NCBI GenBank assembly: GCA_012295275.1
Contig: CM022675.1
Coordinates: forward strand, 2,542,001-2,606,000
Length of the DNA: 64,000 nucleotides
Reading direction: 5' to 3'
Origin: Chrysomallon squamiferum
Lineage: Eukaryota > Animalia > Mollusca
Position numbers and translations under genes: made by a program. A model generated the notes under the pieces. That model was not told where the DNA came from. It saw only the letters and a list, made by a program, of their open reading frames with translations, and searched no databases. How positions within the stretch are numbered: position 1 is the stretch's first letter; the number at the start of each line of letters is the position of its first letter. This document shows positions 47,002-64,000 of the stretch, in pieces.

Positions 47002-48229
47002 TTAACCTGACAAACATTTCATGTTACTGTAGTAGCAAACTGAACTTGAAAATTGTTTTAAATTTTACGTAAACAAACTTTGCTCAAAAATGTGTTTGCT
47101 TTAGTAGTTTTAAATAATTGCATTGGGCTTTTGTAATTACTCATTGTTTCTAATCCATTTTTTTTTAATGATTTATTTATATATTTATTTATTTATTGTG
47201 ATTATTATTATTATTACTATTATTATTATTATTATTATTAATATTATTATTAGTAGTAGTAGTAGTAGTATTTTATATATTTTATTTATTTATTCTTTTT
47301 ATCATTGTTTTCTATATTTATAACTACAAATTTAAATTTGTTTCTGTCTTTGTTGGTTGCTTGATACGTTTGAAGAATTTCTTTATGGTTTACCTATTTA
47401 CTATCTTATTTATTTATTTTAGTTCATGTGTTTATGTATTTATATTTAAATATTTTTGTTTGTTTGTTTGTTGTTGTTGTTATTAACGAGATGCTTACTT
47501 AACTGCTCGCTTACGTCTGTGTTTCTTGCACTAGATCTGTCTTTAAATAAACAATTCGTTTTAGATATATTGTATGTTTTAATTTTGTTTGATTTTTGTT
47601 GTTTTTTTGTATTAATTTTAATTCCCTTAAATTGACGTTAAATATAGCATTTCCCCTAAGTCAGAAATAAATTACCAATTAAATAAAACTTAAATAAATA
47701 AACGCGTTCAATTCAGTATTTTCACTTACTGCAAACTAAAGAAATTTGATAATATAACGATATTAAGATTTAGGTCTGACTTTTGGATTTTTAATTTATT
47801 TATTTATTTTTTATTTATTTGTTTGTTTATTTATTTATTTATTTATTTATTTTTAGCTTCGCATAATTACTGATTCTTCTTCTAGGATAATCAAACACGA
47901 TTAAAATTGTTGCTCAGGTGACCAGAGAAAGAAAAGGATATAAACAAGACCTGTAATGAAATACTTTGTGGAGGAAAATGTCAAAATGACCCCAGACTGG
48001 TTTGACTGATATTAAATTTAGGACAACGCTCGCTTTTAACCTAGAGTACAATATGTATATGCATCTTTCGCACACGAAATGTAGTGAAATAGTAATTTTA
48101 CATTTGTGTTAACACATAATAAAATCAAAATAACATATGAGACAAATTACACAATCGAAATACGAGCGTATAAACATATTATCGATGCGTTCTAATAAAG
48201 TTAGTATTTTGAAAACTGTATTAATAAAC

Positions 48230-56400
<8,171 letters not shown>

Positions 56401-56496
56401 AACTTCTGAAACATATATGTCCACATTGCTCAAACCATTTGCGATAAATATCTGTCTATATATATATGTATGTATCAATCTCTGTGTGTGTTTTTT

Positions 56497-56528
<32 letters not shown>

Positions 56529-57520
56529 AGTGCATTTATCCCTCTATCCATTTGTTTGTCAATTTACTTATTTTTTACTTTTGTCCACGGATATGAAATA
56601 CATTTTTGCACCAATACGAAGAACTACCGTTTTCAATGTCGTTGTGATTAAACCGTTTTAATGCAGATAACGATGTGGATTTGGTGACTGAACTAAACTT
56701 TCATAGATATTCCAAACTGTACTGAAACCACAGAAGATTTACCATTGTACACTTTGTCTTACACCAACCTGCACTATTCCAAATGTAATGTTCATCACGT
56801 TTATATGAGGATGCGTTTTGTGAATAAATTTCTGCCTTTTATATAATGAAATTATTCCTTTCGTTCTTTCTTTCATTCTTTCTTTCTTTCTTTCTTTATT
56901 TATCTTGGTTCATGTTCTGTTATATTATTTTCCTCTTTTATTTGATAACTGTCTTATTCCACGTTTTTAAGGATAGAAACTGCTAAAATCTTTCAGATGA
57001 AAATTTAAAAGGATTTTGAAGAAAGCATTAAGAAAAAAATAGACAACTGGTTTGACACCTTCCTGAATCAGGTCACTAAACGGAAAACAACGCTTAATAC
57101 ATCACTGCTTGTCTAGACTGGTGCTCCGCTTTCACAACAACACTCGCTGTTTTTGTTCACATGTCATGCATCAATTAACAGATGTGTAGGTGTTTCTGAC
57201 TGTTTTTAACCTTAAAGGTAAACCATAAAAAATGCCTATCAATTTACTTTCACGTCCAGACTGCACTTATTGTAGTATATTAATATTTAGTTGTGTAGTT
57301 ATTTAAACATACTGCAACTTAGATATTCATAGATGTATATGCACTAACATAAACAACACAGATATATATTCTGACATAAAGCACATGCATATGTAAGGAC
57401 AGAGTCTTAGGCATACACAGGCTTACATACATGCGTGAAGAGAGTTAGATTATCAAATTCAAACACGTACATATAATAAACCCCCACCAACATACACACA
57501 CATATATATGTGTATGTATA

Positions 57521-57551
<31 letters not shown>

Positions 57552-57725
57552 GTACATTTATACATGGAGATGCACGGGTATAGAGATGCACTCCACCCAC
57601 AGACTCATGGGTACGTCCGCAAACATACATTTACACACACCCTTACATGCACATGTCTACACATATGTGTGGACACATACATACATATATATGCACATAT
57701 ACAGACACACAACCACACACAAGCT

Positions 57726-57778
<53 letters not shown>

Positions 57779-57779
57779 A

Positions 57780-59470
<1,691 letters not shown>

Positions 59471-59852
59471 ATATACACAGACACAAACACACATACACAC
59501 ACACACACACACACACATGCATACCGATGTCTACAAGATCAGTGGTTCAGTAAACCAAAATAAATTACCATTAAAAAAATACTACTACTACTACTACTAC
59601 TTCTACTATACTACTACTACTAAGACTACTACTACTACAACTACTACTACTACTACTACTACTAATAATAATAATATTACTACTACAACTACTACTAAGA
59701 CTACTACTACTACTACCAATAATAATAATAATAATAATAATAATAAACAAATAAAACAGAAAAATGATGTGTTTCGGTACCAGTGGTTATGAGCTTCAGA
59801 TGCGATTTAAACTCAGTGATCAATTAAAACGACCTTTTTTTCTTTTTTACAA

Positions 59853-59961
59853 CATAAATAGAGCAAAGTTCATCTTAATACACATTTTTATATTTCTTTC
59901 CAAACAGAGCACACTGTGTAAGAGAGGAAAACAATTTACTTGGAGTGTTACAACAAACCAG
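59853..59961 (+). promoter_or_regulatory. Candidate TATA-like promoter and non-coding first exon of paralog C
   Basis: CATAAATAGAGCAAAGTTCATC followed by the donor CAG|GTATGT, at nearly the same spacing as in paralog B and about 2 kb upstream of the ATG exon. Confidence 0.5.
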
Positions 59962-60184
59962 GTATGTGTACACTTTAAATATTATTATTTGTATGTTACT
60001 TCAATATATGTATGTGTACACTTTAAATATTATTATTTGTGTGTTACTTCAATATATGTATGTGTACACCTTCAATATATGTATGTGTACACCTTCTATA
60101 TATTTATGTTGCTTCAACAAATGTGTATGTACATTGTACACGTATTTGTATGTGTGATATACTTGATATGCTTGTATGCAATTG

Positions 60185-60240
<56 letters not shown>

Positions 60241-60922
60241 GTATGTAACTACAATAAATGTACTTGTACACTTTCTATATTTTTGTATGTTTACTACAAC
60301 ATTTGTTTGTGAATGTAAATTTTTAATACGTTTATTCAGTGAATGTGTGCTTACGCTTTTCCGTTTCCATTTTAACGTTATTTACTTCAGTAAATGTGTA
60401 TGTCTGCCTTCTGTACCTTTGCGGGAATACAACTTTACATATGTCTTCGCTTTATTTATATTCGTATGTACGCTATTTCAGCGGATGTCTGTACACACCT
60501 TTCTATACATTAGCATGCATTTTGATTCAATAACTTTGTATTATCCGTTTTCTATATATTCATATGGTCACTTATTAAGTGTACGGTTTCAGTGCATGTG
60601 TAAGCAAAGACATCTTTATAACTGAGTCAGTTATCGTGATATGATAGTGTATCGAGACTGCGTAACTATATATTCATCCAGTGCATTCAAGACTATCGGC
60701 GGGTTAATGATATGATCTAAACTCATTGACAGTCTCCGATTTAGCTCATGAAATGCAACCCCATCCAAATAATCTTAAAAACTAGAATACGTATTCTATG
60801 ATCCAGCGTCAATTTACGAGGTCTTGTGTCTACCATTTAATTCATTGTCATGGTTATCACAATTATTTTGTTTTTGTTTAAGTTGAATTATATATGTATT
60901 TATGTACGTAACTAAGGATTAA

Positions 60923-60959
<37 letters not shown>

Positions 60960-60965
<6 letters not shown>

Positions 60966-61530
60966 TAACAAAAACAGAAACGCAAAAGTAGATTTTATTG
61001 ACATTGGGAATATCTATATAATGGATCAACAGAACCCATCAGAATATTCACATTTTTACACACACTTTCGCAATTCATTAATATTGATGGTATTTCATTG
61101 AAAAGGTTAATGTTCAAGGTTATAAGAGTATAATATCAATACCTTGTGTGTTCCCCATGGGAGTCCAGAACTGCCTGACATCTCCTTCCCAAGGCAGTAA
61201 TGACATTACGAATTACACCTTGTGGAATGGTGGCCCACTCTGACTGTAGTAATAATGCCAACTGAGCACGATTCTGTGGCTGTGGTTGATGCTGCCTCAG
61301 TCGTCTATCTAACTCGTCGCATAAATGCTCAGTAGGGTTCAAATCCGGAGATTTAGAGGGCCAGGGCAGAACCTGAATGTTATTGTTGTGTAGGTACGCT
61401 GTTGTGAGTCTGGCTGTATGTGGTCTCGCTTTGTCGTGCTGGAATACAGCGTTACCATTATTCATAACTGGAGCGACATGTGGCTGGTCCTGCCAGTGAA
61501 TGAGATTGCTGCCCACACCATCACACTTCC
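60960..61530 (-). mobile_element. Tc1/mariner transposon, C-terminal transposase remnant with probable terminus
   Basis: AVFQHDKARPH...LPWPSKSPDLNPTEHLCDELDRRL...CQAVLDSHGEHTRY* covers the second Asp and Glu of DD34E. A TIR-like TATTCTAACAAAAACAGAAACGCA abuts a (TA)n tract. Confidence 0.92.
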
Positions 61531-61756
61531 AACATAACAAATAACAACAATAACAACAACAACAACAACAACAAAAGATCAAATACACCTTTACATTTTG
61601 CACGAAAGAACAAAATGGTACGATATTTTCGATAAAACATAAATTAAAACCATGATGTTAACAAATAGTCAACGGTGTGTTTCAGAACGGTTAAAACTTT
61701 TGTTAACACTCTGTTGTTTTATAGCATATCTTTAATTATCACGAACCCCCTGCATT

Positions 61757-61808
<52 letters not shown>

Positions 61809-61990
61809 ACACACACACAACCCCTGTTCATAATGTCTGCTAAGTTTGTAATGACTTTTTGCGTAGGTAACCCGCGTCTGTAATAATACTCGAAATGTTT
61901 ATATCTGTTAAACTGAGGAACGACTTACGGCTAGGCTAAAATATAAGGTAAATATTCGTTTTCCTTTCCTTTTTTCAGCATAAACTAAAG

Positions 61991-63983
<1,993 letters not shown>

Positions 63984-64000
63984 GTCAGTTCTGTTTATCA

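Overview
AT-rich, microsatellite-laden eukaryotic (animal; most likely mollusc/lophotrochozoan) genomic DNA. Nearly all ORFs in the supplied track are microsatellite artefacts. Manual splicing shows a + strand tandem cluster of EGF-EGF-ZP-TM genes resembling the molluscan EGF/zona-pellucida (EGFZP/ELDP) shell-matrix family. Gene A (18821-27855; 19 coding exons, phases consistent, about 888 aa) is complete. A partial pseudogene fragment lies at 30.8-34.7 kb and a disabled paralog B at 39.2-47.0 kb. Paralog C (61991 to window end) is intact as far as visible. The main surprise is that a short linker plus four SRCR domains sit INSIDE the ZP-C subdomain as a phase-1/phase-1 cassette, rather than N-terminal to the ZP module as in DMBT1-type proteins. 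SRCR1-3 diverge much faster between paralogs than the EGF/ZP/TM frame. Paralog B carries two tandem alternative first-half SRCR2 exons, and a 61-bp minisatellite has amplified an exon/5' splice-site junction in two copies of the gene. The window also holds two Tc1/mariner remnants, 62-bp and about 42-bp satellites, local duplications and a family of dispersed repeats. All gene models were read by eye, without transcript or database support.
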